This document shows, one piece after another, positions 17,016 to 26,506 of a stretch of 39,760 bases of DNA. The stretch lies in the IMG/VR virus record IMGVR_UViG_2711768002_000014. The stretch is one strand, 5' to 3'. The notes under the pieces are model-generated. The model was not told where the DNA came from and made no database searches. It saw only the letters and a program-made list of their open reading frames with translations. Made by a program: the position numbers and the translations under genes. This DNA is from a virus (taxonomy: Duplodnaviria; Heunggongvirae; Uroviricota; Caudoviricetes). Position 1 is the first letter of the stretch. Each line of letters begins with the position of its first letter.

Positions 17016-17510
17016 ATGGATCGAGAGTTAAAAAATCTGACGCTGAATATCAGTCAACTGGCGGCACTGTCAGGTGTACATCGCCAGACTGCTGCGGCAA
17101 GGCTGCAAAATCTACCCGTTGCAGGGGGGCATGAAAGCAACCTCAAGCTTTATCGGGTGGTTGATATTGTGTCGGCATTTCTGGCATTGCCACCGCCGGT
17201 TGCAGAAGGCGAAATGGACGCGCATGAGCGCAAAGCCTGGTATCAGTCTGAACGTGAGCGTCTTAAGTTCGAACAGGAAACGGCACAACTCATTCCGGCC
17301 AGTGATGTCAGACGGGAGTTTGCCATCTGGGCAAAAGCGGTCGTGCAGGTGCTGGAGACATTACCGGATATTCTGGAACGTGACTGCGGTCTGCAGCCTG
17401 CCGCTGTGAGCCGTGTTCAGTCCATTATTGATGATCTGCGCGATCAGATAGCCCTGCGGGTGACTGAAGCAGGTGCGGATGATGAGGAGGAATTACAGCA
17501 GGAGGAGTAA
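17016..17510 (+). CDS. terminase small subunit (Nu1-like, N-terminal wHTH)
   Basis: 164 aa immediately upstream of and overlapping (TAATG) the large terminase; HTH at LTLNISQLAALSGVHRQTAAARL. Confidence 0.8.
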   Translation: MDRELKNLTLNISQLAALSGVHRQTAAARLQNLPVAGGHESNLKLYRVVDIVSAFLALPPPVAEGEMDAHERKAWYQSERERLKFEQETAQLIPASDVRREFAIWAKAVVQVLETLPDILERDCGLQPAAVSRVQSIIDDLRDQIALRVTEAGADDEEELQQEE

Positions 17511-19612
17511 TGCTGAATCAGGAAACCGCAAAGGCAGCACGAACCGATTCAGGTTATATCCTTCGCGCACCGAGACGAATGCGGGTTGCTGATGCCGTTG
17601 CTCAGTATATGCGGGTGCCCATGGGGGCAGGGAACTCAGTCCCGTGGGATCCGCTGGTGGCACCGTATGTTATTGAGCCGATGAACTGCCTGGCCTCGCG
17701 TGAATACGACGCAGTGATATTTGTTGGCCCGGCACGAACCGGCAAGACTATCGGCCTGATTGACGGCTGGGTGATTTACAACGTGATTTGCGATCCTGCT
17801 GATATGCTGATCATTCAGATGACGGAGGAAAAAGCCCGCGAACACTCCAAAAAACGACTCGCCAGAACGTTTCGCGTCAGCCCGGAAGTGGTCAGTCGCC
17901 TGAGTCCGAACAAAAATGACAACAACGTTTATGACAGAACATTCCTTGCTGGTAACTACCTGAAAATCGGCTGGCCGTCAGTCAATATCATGTCCTCATC
18001 AGATTATAAATGCGTCGCGCTGACGGATTATGACCGTTTTCCGGAAGATATTGATGGCGAGGGGGATGCTTTCTCTCTTGCCTCAAAACGTACCACAACA
18101 TTTATGTCCAGTGGTATGACGCTTGTGGAGAGTTCCCCCGGCAGGGATGTGAAGGATGTGAAATGGCGACGGACTTCACCGCATGAGGCTCCACCAACCA
18201 CGGGGATACTGTCGCTCTATAACCGTGGCGATCGCCGTCGCTGGTACTGGCCCTGTCCACACTGTGGTGAGTATTTTCAGCCCTGCGGCGATGTGGTTGC
18301 TGGTTTCCGTGATATTGCCGATCCCGTGCTGGCAAGTGAGGCGGCTTATATTCAGTGTCCTTCCTGTTCAGGACGGATTATGCCTGAACACAAACGTGAG
18401 CTGAACGGACGTGGGGTCTGGTTGCGGGATGGTGAATCCATCAATGCGGATGGCAGTCGTTATGGTGATCCCCGACGCTCACGTATTGCGTCATTCTGGA
18501 TGGAGGGTCCGGCAGCTGCTTACCAGACACTCTCGCAACTCGTTTACAAACTGCTTACTGCAGAACAGGAATACGAGACAACCGGAAGTGAAGAAACACT
18601 CAAGACGGTTATCAATACCGACTGGGGATTACCTTATCTTCCCCGCGCCAGCATGGAGCAACGAAAAAGTGAACTGCTTGAGCAGCGGGCAGAGCCAGTT
18701 CCTTCCCGCAGTGTGCCGGATGGCGTTAATTTCCTTGTGGCGACAGTGGATGTGCAGGCGGGACGTCATCGCCGTTTTGTGGTTCAGGTAACGGGCTATG
18801 GCAGCCGTGGCGAACGCTGGATTATTGATCGTTACAACATCACGCAGTCATTGCGCGGTGACAGCGACGGGGAGAGCCAGCGAATTGATCCGGCCAGCTA
18901 TCCGGAAGACTGGGATGTCCTGCTGACGGATGTTTTTCATAAAAGCTGGCCGCTGGCCTCCGATCCTTCTCAACAAATGCGACTGATGGCAATGGCGGTG
19001 GACTCCGGCGGTGAAGACGGGGTCACTGATAATGCCTATAAATTCTGGCGTCGTTGCCGTCGTGATGGCCTTGGTAAACGTATTTACCTGTTTAAGGGCG
19101 ACAGCATCCGGCGCGCAAAACTGATCACCCGTACATTCCCTGATAACACCGGACGAACGGGCCGACGGGCGCAGGCCGCAGGTGATGTGCCGCTCTGGCT
19201 TCTTCAGACGGATGCACTGAAAGACCGGGTGAATAACGCGTTATGGCGTGACTCGCCAGGTCCCGGCTATGTGCATTTCCCTGACTGGCTGGGGAGCTGG
19301 TTTTACGACGAACTGACGTATGAAGAGCGGAGCAGTGACGGGAAATGGAGTAAGCCGGGTCGCGGTGCCAACGAAGCTTTTGACCTGATGGTGTATGCCG
19401 AGGCTCTGGTCATTCTGCATGGATACGAAAAGATCCGCTGGCCGGATGCACCGGAGTGGGCGAGCCGGGAAACCTGGCTGGAGTGTGTCCCGGACAGTAC
19501 CGAACCGTCACCCTCACCGGAACCGGTATCCACGCCTGTTAAAAAACAAAAACGGAAGAAAACAGTAACTGACGATGTTAACCCCTGGCTGACTTCCGGA
19601 GGATGGTTATGA
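17510..19612 (+). CDS. terminase large subunit (lambda gpA family)
   Basis: 700 aa; Walker A-like GPARTGKT; GpA-like architecture and position. Confidence 0.9.
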   Translation: MLNQETAKAARTDSGYILRAPRRMRVADAVAQYMRVPMGAGNSVPWDPLVAPYVIEPMNCLASREYDAVIFVGPARTGKTIGLIDGWVIYNVICDPADMLIIQMTEEKAREHSKKRLARTFRVSPEVVSRLSPNKNDNNVYDRTFLAGNYLKIGWPSVNIMSSSDYKCVALTDYDRFPEDIDGEGDAFSLASKRTTTFMSSGMTLVESSPGRDVKDVKWRRTSPHEAPPTTGILSLYNRGDRRRWYWPCPHCGEYFQPCGDVVAGFRDIADPVLASEAAYIQCPSCSGRIMPEHKRELNGRGVWLRDGESINADGSRYGDPRRSRIASFWMEGPAAAYQTLSQLVYKLLTAEQEYETTGSEETLKTVINTDWGLPYLPRASMEQRKSELLEQRAEPVPSRSVPDGVNFLVATVDVQAGRHRRFVVQVTGYGSRGERWIIDRYNITQSLRGDSDGESQRIDPASYPEDWDVLLTDVFHKSWPLASDPSQQMRLMAMAVDSGGEDGVTDNAYKFWRRCRRDGLGKRIYLFKGDSIRRAKLITRTFPDNTGRTGRRAQAAGDVPLWLLQTDALKDRVNNALWRDSPGPGYVHFPDWLGSWFYDELTYEERSSDGKWSKPGRGANEAFDLMVYAEALVILHGYEKIRWPDAPEWASRETWLECVPDSTEPSPSPEPVSTPVKKQKRKKTVTDDVNPWLTSGGWL

Positions 19613-19821
19613 ACCAGAATGATATTGAAGCCATGATTCAGCGTTATACGGAAGCTGAAATGGCGGTGCTGGACGGAAAATCCGTCACCTTTAATGGTCA
19701 GCAGATGACCATGGAAAACTTATCTGAGATCCGGCAGGGACGGCAGGAGTGGGAGCGCCGCCTTGCGGCTCTGATTACACGACGACGGGGGCATCCCGGG
19801 TACCGGCTGGCGAGGTTCTGA
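19609..19821 (+). CDS. gpW-like head-tail joining protein
   Basis: 70 aa; GGAGG upstream; C-terminal RRRGHPGY parallels lambda W RRRGPAGF. Confidence 0.7.
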   Translation: MNQNDIEAMIQRYTEAEMAVLDGKSVTFNGQQMTMENLSEIRQGRQEWERRLAALITRRRGHPGYRLARF

Positions 19822-21329
19822 TGGCAATTCTTGATGATGTGATTGGCGTTTTTTCACCAGGATGGAAAGCGGCAAGGCTGCGTTCCCGTGCGGTGATCCA
19901 GGCTTATGAGGCCGTAAAAACGACGCGGACACACAAAGGCCGGCGGGAAAACCGAACTGCCGACCAGTTAAGCCAGTACGGGGCCGTGTCGTTACGTGAG
20001 CAGGCCCGTTACCTTGATAACAACCACGATCTGGTTATTGGTGTATTTGACAAGCTGGAAGAACGGGTGGTGGGGAAAAACGGGATTATTGTCGAGCCAC
20101 ATCCGGTATTACGCAATGGGGCCATTGCCCGTGACCTGGCTGCGGAGATTCGCACCCGATGGAGTGAATGGTCTGTCAGCCCGGAAGTCACCGGGCAGTT
20201 TACCCGTCCGATGCTGGAACGTCTGATGCTGCGTACCTGGCTGCGCGATGGTGAGGTGTTTGCCCAGATGGTTTCCGGGCGCATAAACAGCCTGACGCCT
20301 TCTGCCGGTGTTCATTTCTGGCTGGAGGCGCTCGAGCCGGACTTTATTCCCATGACCAGTGATGAGAGCAACAGGCTGAATCAGGGCGTGTTTGTTGATG
20401 ACTGGGGGCGTCCCGAAAAATATCTGGTGTATAAAAGCCGTCCCGTATCCGGACGGCAGATGGAAACCAAAGAAGTGGATGCAGAGCGAATGCTGCATCT
20501 TAAATTTGTTCGCCGTCTGCACCAGATGCGCGGGACGTCTTTGTTGTCCGGTGTGCTGATCCGCCTCAGTGCCCTGAAAGATTATGAAGATTATGAGCTG
20601 ACTGCAGCAAGGATCGCCGCTGCTCTGGGGATGTACATCCGCAAAGGCGACGGGCAGAGCTATGAACCGGATGGTAATGGCAGCAAGGATAAGGAACGCG
20701 AGCTTACCATTCAGCCAGGCATTATTTACGACGATCTGAAACCCGGCGAAGAAATCGGAATGGTGAAGTCGGATCGCCCCAATCCTAACCTTGAAACTTT
20801 TCGTAATGGTCAGTTGCGTGCCGTGGCGGCGGGCAGTCGTCTGAGTTTTTCCAGTACAGCGCGCAACTATAACGGCACTTACAGCGCCCAGCGTCAGGAG
20901 CTGGTTGAATCTACTGATGGCTACCTGATCCTGCAGGACTGGTTTATTGGTGCCGTCACCCGCCCGATGTATCGTGCATGGCTGAAACAGGCTGTGGCAT
21001 CCGGTGTTATCAGGCTACCCCGCGATCTTGACCGTTCTTCACTGTATACCGCGGTGTATTCCGGACCGGTGATGCCGTGGATTGACCCTGTTAAGGAGGC
21101 TGAGGCCTGGAAAATCCAGATTCGTGGTGGAGCGGCGACAGAATCAGACTGGGTACGTGCAGGTGGTCGTAATCCGGATGATGTCAAACGTCGGCGCAAG
21201 GCCGAAATTGATGAAAACCGCAAGCTGGATCTGGTATTTGATACCGATCCGGCCAGTGATAAAGGAGGCAGCAGTGCCGCAACGAAACGACAGGAGCCGC
21301 AGCACACCGACGACCAGTCCGAAGAATAA
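19821..21329 (+). CDS. portal protein (lambda gpB-like)
   Basis: 502 aa; ATGA overlap with W; position after terminase. Confidence 0.85.
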   Translation: MAILDDVIGVFSPGWKAARLRSRAVIQAYEAVKTTRTHKGRRENRTADQLSQYGAVSLREQARYLDNNHDLVIGVFDKLEERVVGKNGIIVEPHPVLRNGAIARDLAAEIRTRWSEWSVSPEVTGQFTRPMLERLMLRTWLRDGEVFAQMVSGRINSLTPSAGVHFWLEALEPDFIPMTSDESNRLNQGVFVDDWGRPEKYLVYKSRPVSGRQMETKEVDAERMLHLKFVRRLHQMRGTSLLSGVLIRLSALKDYEDYELTAARIAAALGMYIRKGDGQSYEPDGNGSKDKERELTIQPGIIYDDLKPGEEIGMVKSDRPNPNLETFRNGQLRAVAAGSRLSFSSTARNYNGTYSAQRQELVESTDGYLILQDWFIGAVTRPMYRAWLKQAVASGVIRLPRDLDRSSLYTAVYSGPVMPWIDPVKEAEAWKIQIRGGAATESDWVRAGGRNPDDVKRRRKAEIDENRKLDLVFDTDPASDKGGSSAATKRQEPQHTDDQSEE

Positions 21330-21342
21330 TTCCTGGTTCAGG

Positions 21343-23301
21343 ATGCAGGCTGGTCACCAGAGTGACGCGGATATTTATATTTATGACGAGATTGGTTTCT
21401 GGGGTGTTACAGCGAAGCAGTTTATCAGTGATCTGAATGCACTGGGCGATATCACCCACATTAATCTCCATATTAATTCACCGGGTGGCGATGTCTTTGA
21501 AGGCATCGCCATTTTTAATGCGCTGAAAACACATGGTGCGTCCATTACCGTTTATGTCGACGGTGTGGCGGCGTCAATGGCGTCGGTCATTGCGATGGTG
21601 GGAAACCCGGTCATTATGCCGGAAAACACCTTCATGATGATTCATAAACCATTTGGCTTTACGGGCGGTGATGCGGAGGACATGCGCACCTATGCCGACC
21701 TGCTCGATAAGGTTGAGGCGGTTCTGTTACCCGCTTATGCACAGAAAACCGGGAAAACCACCGATGAAATTGCTGCCATGCTGGCGGATGAGACCTGGAT
21801 GTCCGGTGCCGAATGTCTGGCACAGGGATTTGCTGATCAGGTGACGCCAGCCGTTAAGGCAATGGCATGTATTCAGTCAAAACGTACAGAGGAATTTAAA
21901 AAGATGCCGGAATCCATTCGAAACATGATTACTCCGCCACGCAACAGTGCTCCACGCGTACAGGATGATGAACCTGCAGCCTCCCGGACGCCAGTGCAGG
22001 CAGCAGCACCCGTGGTGGATGAAAACAGTATCCGTGCGCAGGTACTGGCAGAGCAAAAAGCGCGTGTAAACGGTATTAATGATCTGTTTGCCATGTTTGG
22101 CGGGCGTTATCAGACGCTGCAGGCTCAGTGTCTTGCCGATCCTGAATGTTCGCTGGAGCAGGCCCGCGAAAAGCTGTTGAACGAGATGGGGCGCGAGTCC
22201 ACGCCATCCAATAAAAATACCCCGGCTCATATTTATGCCGGAAACGGTAATTTTGTGGGGGACGGGATCCGCCAGGCGCTGATGGCGCGTGCCGGATTTG
22301 AAAAAACCGAACGTGATAATGTCTACAACGGGATGACCCTGCGTGAATATGCCCGTATGTCACTGACTGAACGGGGTATTGGGGTTTCCAGTTATAACCC
22401 GATGCAGATGGTCGGTGCGGCGTTCACACACAGTACGTCTGACTTCGGTAATATTCTGCTGGATGTTGCGAACAAAGCCATTCTGCAGGGCTGGGAAGAT
22501 GCCCCTGAAACCTATGAACAGTGGACGCGGAAAGGTCAGTTGTCTGATTTTAAAATTGCCCATCGTGTGGGTATGGGGGGCTTCAGTGCTCTGCGTCAGG
22601 TGCGTGAAGGGGCGGAATATAAATACGTCACCACCGGAGATAAACAGGCCACTATTGCACTGGCGACCTATGGCGAGCTGTTCAGTATCACCCGTCAGGC
22701 CATTATCAATGATGATCTGAATATGCTGACCGATGTCCCGATGAAACTGGGCCGTGCGGCGAAATCCACTATTGCCGATCTGGTTTATGCCATTCTGACG
22801 TCTAACCCGAAAATCTCCACAGATAATGTAAGTCTGTTCGATAAAGCGAAACATGCAAACGTACTGGATAGCGCTGCAATGGACGTGGCATCGCTGGATA
22901 AAGCCCGCCAGTTGATGCGCGTTCAGAAAGAGGGGGAGCGTCATCTGAATATTCGTCCTGCGTTCGTACTGGTACCGACGGCGATGGAGTCTGTTGCTAA
23001 CCAGGTCATTCGCTCCTCAAGTGTCAAGGGGGCCGACATTAACGCCGGTATTATTAACCCGGTGAAAGATTTTGCGACCGTTATTGCAGAGCCTCGTCTT
23101 GATGATAACAGCCAGACCACCTTCTACCTGGCTGCGTCAAAAGGCTCCGATACGATTGAAGTGGCTTATCTCAACGGTGTGGATACGCCATATATTGATC
23201 AGATGGAGGGCTTCAGTGTGGATGGCGTGACAACGAAAGTGCGTATTGACGCCGGTGTCGCGCCAGTTGATCACCGCGGTCTGGTGAAATGTACGGCGTA
23301 A
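21343..23301 (+). CDS. prohead protease (ClpP/S14-like) fused to major capsid protein
   Basis: N-terminal ClpP-like segment (IYIYDEIGFWG...INSPGGDVFEGIAIFNAL...MASVIAM); capsid-sized C-terminal domain in one ORF. Confidence 0.8.
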   Translation: MQAGHQSDADIYIYDEIGFWGVTAKQFISDLNALGDITHINLHINSPGGDVFEGIAIFNALKTHGASITVYVDGVAASMASVIAMVGNPVIMPENTFMMIHKPFGFTGGDAEDMRTYADLLDKVEAVLLPAYAQKTGKTTDEIAAMLADETWMSGAECLAQGFADQVTPAVKAMACIQSKRTEEFKKMPESIRNMITPPRNSAPRVQDDEPAASRTPVQAAAPVVDENSIRAQVLAEQKARVNGINDLFAMFGGRYQTLQAQCLADPECSLEQAREKLLNEMGRESTPSNKNTPAHIYAGNGNFVGDGIRQALMARAGFEKTERDNVYNGMTLREYARMSLTERGIGVSSYNPMQMVGAAFTHSTSDFGNILLDVANKAILQGWEDAPETYEQWTRKGQLSDFKIAHRVGMGGFSALRQVREGAEYKYVTTGDKQATIALATYGELFSITRQAIINDDLNMLTDVPMKLGRAAKSTIADLVYAILTSNPKISTDNVSLFDKAKHANVLDSAAMDVASLDKARQLMRVQKEGERHLNIRPAFVLVPTAMESVANQVIRSSSVKGADINAGIINPVKDFATVIAEPRLDDNSQTTFYLAASKGSDTIEVAYLNGVDTPYIDQMEGFSVDGVTTKVRIDAGVAPVDHRGLVKCTA

Positions 23302-23324
23302 ACGTCGCAGACAACAACTCTGAT

Positions 23325-23344
23325 GGCCCGTAAGGGCTTTTTTT
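23325..23344 (+). terminator. hairpin plus T-run after the capsid gene
   Basis: ggcccgtaagggc followed by ttttttt. Confidence 0.5.
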
Positions 23345-23387
23345 GTACCTGAAATCAGCCCCTGAACGGGGCTGTGCGGAGACAGTT

Positions 23388-23711
23388 ATGGCAAAGAATT
23401 TTGTAGAAGAAGGAAAAACGGTGGCGATTGTTGCCAGTGCAGCCATCAGCAGCGGAGATCTGGTGCAGGTGGGTGATGTTTTTGCGGTGGCACTGACCGA
23501 TATTCCACAGGGTGAAACAGGCGACGGCCTGACCGAAGGTGTGTTTATGCTGCCTAAGCTGAAAACGGATGACATGAAAACGGGTAAGAAGGTTTATCTG
23601 AAGTCCGGAAAAGTTCAGCTGACTAACAGCGGCTCTGATCCGCTGGTCGGGGTTGTCTGGGCAGATGCCGGAACCAGTGCAGAAGAAGTGCCGGTAAAAC
23701 TCAATGTCTGA
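23388..23711 (+). CDS. small head protein (DUF2190-like; FI-position)
   Basis: 107 aa; GGAG upstream of ATG 23388; located between capsid and FII-like genes. Confidence 0.45.
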   Translation: MAKNFVEEGKTVAIVASAAISSGDLVQVGDVFAVALTDIPQGETGDGLTEGVFMLPKLKTDDMKTGKKVYLKSGKVQLTNSGSDPLVGVVWADAGTSAEEVPVKLNV

Positions 23712-23979
23712 TCCCTTTTCCCGGCTGGCAGCGCGTATGGATGCGATCACGGTCAGAAAGATGGGAAAGACAGCCTCGATTAATGATGTCGATATGACTG
23801 TGATCCCGGGAGAAACACTGGCAGAGCTGAATGCTCTGTCCGGACCTGCGGTCTCTCTGGTGGTGTTTTCTTCGGGATACCGCCCACGGCGCGGGGATCG
23901 CGTTGTTTATGACGGACAACAATGGACGGTCACACGGCATGAACGCTTTAACGGTAAGCCAATGATCTTTATTGAGTAA
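23704..23979 (+). CDS. FII-like head-tail connector protein
   Basis: RRGDRVVYDGQQWTVTRH parallels lambda FII RRGDTLTIGEENFWVDRV. Confidence 0.55.
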   Translation: MSDPFSRLAARMDAITVRKMGKTASINDVDMTVIPGETLAELNALSGPAVSLVVFSSGYRPRRGDRVVYDGQQWTVTRHERFNGKPMIFIE

Positions 23980-23990
23980 AGAGGTGTGGG

Positions 23991-24569
23991 ATGAAGGGGC
24001 TTGAGAATGCCATCCGCAATCTGAACAGCCTTGATACCCGTATGGTGCCACAGGCCAGCGCATGGGCGATAAACCGTGTGGCACAGAAAGCGGTCTCGGT
24101 TGCCACCCGGCAGGTTGCCGGGAATACCGTTGCGGGAGATAACCAGGTGAAAGGGATCCCCCTGAAACTGGTACGTCAGCGTGTCCGGGTGTTTAAAGCC
24201 AGTCCGTCAGGAAAAATGACGGCCAGGATCCGCGTTAACCGGGGCAATCTGCCCGCCATTAAGCTGGGGACAGCCCGGGTCAGACTGGCCCGGCGTGGTG
24301 GAAAACTGCAGTACCGTGGCAGTGTGCTGAAGGTGGGTAAATATCTTTTCCGGGATGCGTTTATTCAGCAACTGGCGAATGGTCGCTGGCATGTGATGCG
24401 GCGTATTGATGGCAAAAATCGTTACCCCATTGATGTGGTGAAAATCCCGCTGTCCGGACCGCTGACACAGGCATTTGAAGATGCCCGCGACCGCATCATT
24501 GCTGCGGAAATGCCGAAACAGCTGGGGTATGCACTGAAACAACAACTGAGGTTATGGCTGACCCGATGA
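23991..24569 (+). CDS. Z: tail completion protein Z
   Basis: 192 aa, near-collinear with remembered lambda Z (FIQQLANGRWHVMRRIDGKNRYPIDVVKIP). Confidence 0.9.
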   Translation: MKGLENAIRNLNSLDTRMVPQASAWAINRVAQKAVSVATRQVAGNTVAGDNQVKGIPLKLVRQRVRVFKASPSGKMTARIRVNRGNLPAIKLGTARVRLARRGGKLQYRGSVLKVGKYLFRDAFIQQLANGRWHVMRRIDGKNRYPIDVVKIPLSGPLTQAFEDARDRIIAAEMPKQLGYALKQQLRLWLTR

Positions 24570-24967
24570 ACCGACATACACAAATCCGCCAGGTCGTACT
24601 GGCACGCCTTCGGGAACAGTGTGGAGACAGCGCCACGTTTTTTGACGGGCTTCCGGCATTTGTTGATGCGCAGGAACTGCCTGCCGTGGCGGTGTGGCTG
24701 AGTGATGCTCAGTACACCGGAAAAATGACGGATGAAGATGACTGGCAGGCTGTTCTGCATATTGCTGTCTTCATCCGGGCACAGGCACCGGATTCAGAGC
24801 TGGATATGTGGATGGAGAGCACCATTTTCCCGGCCTTGAATGATGTACCAGCACTTTCCGGACTCATCGACACCCTGATCCCACTCGGTTTTAACTATCA
24901 ACGTGATAATGAGATGGCCACCTGGGCGATGGCGGAAATCACGTACCAGATCACGTACACGAATTAA
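24566..24967 (+). CDS. U: tail terminator protein U
   Basis: ATFFDGLPAF...AVAVWLSDAQYTG...PDSELDMWMES matches remembered lambda U. Confidence 0.9.
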   Translation: MNRHTQIRQVVLARLREQCGDSATFFDGLPAFVDAQELPAVAVWLSDAQYTGKMTDEDDWQAVLHIAVFIRAQAPDSELDMWMESTIFPALNDVPALSGLIDTLIPLGFNYQRDNEMATWAMAEITYQITYTN

Positions 24968-24977
24968 GGAGGTGGTA

Positions 24978-25721
24978 ATGACCACACCAAATCCACTGGC
25001 AAAAACGAAAGGTGCGGGAACGACGTTCTGGATGTATACCGGCAAGGGCGATGCGTTTGCGAACCCTTTATCGGACACTGACTGGCTGCGTCTTGCGATG
25101 GTGAAGGATCTGCAACCTGGCGAAATGACCGCTGATGCAGAAGATGACACTTATCTCGATGATGAAGATGCAGACTGGAAAACGACAACCCAGGGGCAGA
25201 AATCCGTTGGTGATACTTCGGCGACGCTGGCCTGGCGTCCGGGTGACAGCGGGCAGAAAAAACTGGTTCAGTTGTTCGACTCCGGTGAAGTCTGCGCGTT
25301 TCGTATCAAATATCCCAACGGTACTGTTGATGTTTTCCGTGGCTGGCTGAGTTCACTGGGTAAAACCATTGCCTCAAAAGACGTGATGACCCGCACAGTG
25401 AAAATCAGCGGTGTGGGGCGTCCGTATCTGGCAGAGGAAGGCACTGAAACAGTGAGCGTTACCGGGCTGACGGTGGCACCGGCATCTGCCAGTGTAAAAG
25501 TGGGAGCAACCACCACGCTGACCTTTACAGTAAAACCTGACGGAGCCAGTGACAAAGCGATCAGTGTGCATTCGACAGATCCACAGACTGCCACGGTGAC
25601 CCTGAACGGGCTTGTGGCCACGGTGAAAGGCGTGAAGCAGGGCAGTGTCAGCATTGTGGGCATGACCGCTGACGGGAATTTTGTGGCAGTGGCTACGGTG
25701 ACTGTCAGCGCAGCAGGTTAA
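24978..25721 (+). CDS. V: major tail protein V (with C-terminal Ig-like domain)
   Basis: AAGGAGG upstream; KGAGTTFWMY...YLDDEDADW...YPNGTVDVFRGW closely matches remembered lambda V. Confidence 0.9.
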   Translation: MTTPNPLAKTKGAGTTFWMYTGKGDAFANPLSDTDWLRLAMVKDLQPGEMTADAEDDTYLDDEDADWKTTTQGQKSVGDTSATLAWRPGDSGQKKLVQLFDSGEVCAFRIKYPNGTVDVFRGWLSSLGKTIASKDVMTRTVKISGVGRPYLAEEGTETVSVTGLTVAPASASVKVGATTTLTFTVKPDGASDKAISVHSTDPQTATVTLNGLVATVKGVKQGSVSIVGMTADGNFVAVATVTVSAAG

Positions 25722-25741
25722 CAGGACGATACTCATCATTT

Positions 25742-25765
25742 GCCCCGGTTATTCGGGGCTTTTTT
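25742..25765 (+). terminator. hairpin plus T-run after V
   Basis: gccccggttattcggggc followed by tttttt. Confidence 0.55.
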
Positions 25766-25781
25766 ACAGGTGGAGAACATG

Positions 25782-26168
25782 ATGTTTCTGAAACAGGACA
25801 CGTTTAATTATGAAAAACAGTCCGTGGTGCTCAGTGAGCTGTCCGGGCTGCAGAGAATTGAATATCTGACGTTTGTTCAGCAGCGAACGGCAAAGTTTGA
25901 TGCCGGGGAGGGAGAACTGCCGGAGGCTGAACGACAGATTGCTTTTCTGCGGATGGGGATGGATATCAATGCCTGGCTGGTTTCCCGCTCACTGTGGAAT
26001 GCGGAACAGTCTCAGGATGTTGAGACGCTTTACGCATCCGTTATTACAACATGGTCGTATGATGCCCTGGGTGCGGGGGCGGAGATGGTTCTGTCGCTGA
26101 GCGGTATGGGGGCCATTGATAATGCCGGGGATTTGGAGCATGAGGGGCTGACGCCGGAAAAGTCCTGA
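25782..26168 (+). CDS. G: tail assembly chaperone G
   Basis: MFLK...LSELSGLQRIEYL parallels lambda G; start ATG 25782 is 7 nt after GGAG (ATG 25779 also possible). Confidence 0.85.
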   Translation: MFLKQDTFNYEKQSVVLSELSGLQRIEYLTFVQQRTAKFDAGEGELPEAERQIAFLRMGMDINAWLVSRSLWNAEQSQDVETLYASVITTWSYDALGAGAEMVLSLSGMGAIDNAGDLEHEGLTPEKS

Positions 26169-26506
26169 CGCGGGAAATGCAGTTTGTCATGCGGCTTGCC
26201 CGGGAGTTCCGGCGGGCAGACTGGCGGCGGATGCTGTCGGAAATGTCGGCCACTGAGCTTGGTCAGTGGGGCGATTATTTCCGGATGCAGAGCTTCAGTG
26301 ATGTGTGGATGGATGCGCAGTTTGCCTCGCTGAAGGCATTGATCGTGAGAATGGTGTCCGGCAGCAGTGATGCTGCGGTGGCTGATTTCAGCCTTTTACC
26401 GGAAGAGAACGGGATACCGGAGCGAACGGACGAAGAACTGATGCATCTTGGGGAAGGTATTTCCGGAGGTGTGCGTTATGGACCAGATAGCCAACCTGGT
26501 CATTGA
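25782..26506 (+). CDS. T: tail assembly chaperone G-T fusion via -1 programmed frameshift
   Basis: T-like ORF lies in the -1 frame overlapping the G 3' end; candidate slip site GGAAAAG at 26156-26162; open -1 frame from there to 26506. Confidence 0.55.

Noticed and set aside
21082-21342. N-terminal 87 codons of the track ORF 21082-23301
   Set aside because: This part overlaps the portal gene in another frame; the first ATG after the portal stop (21343) is the more plausible protease-capsid start.
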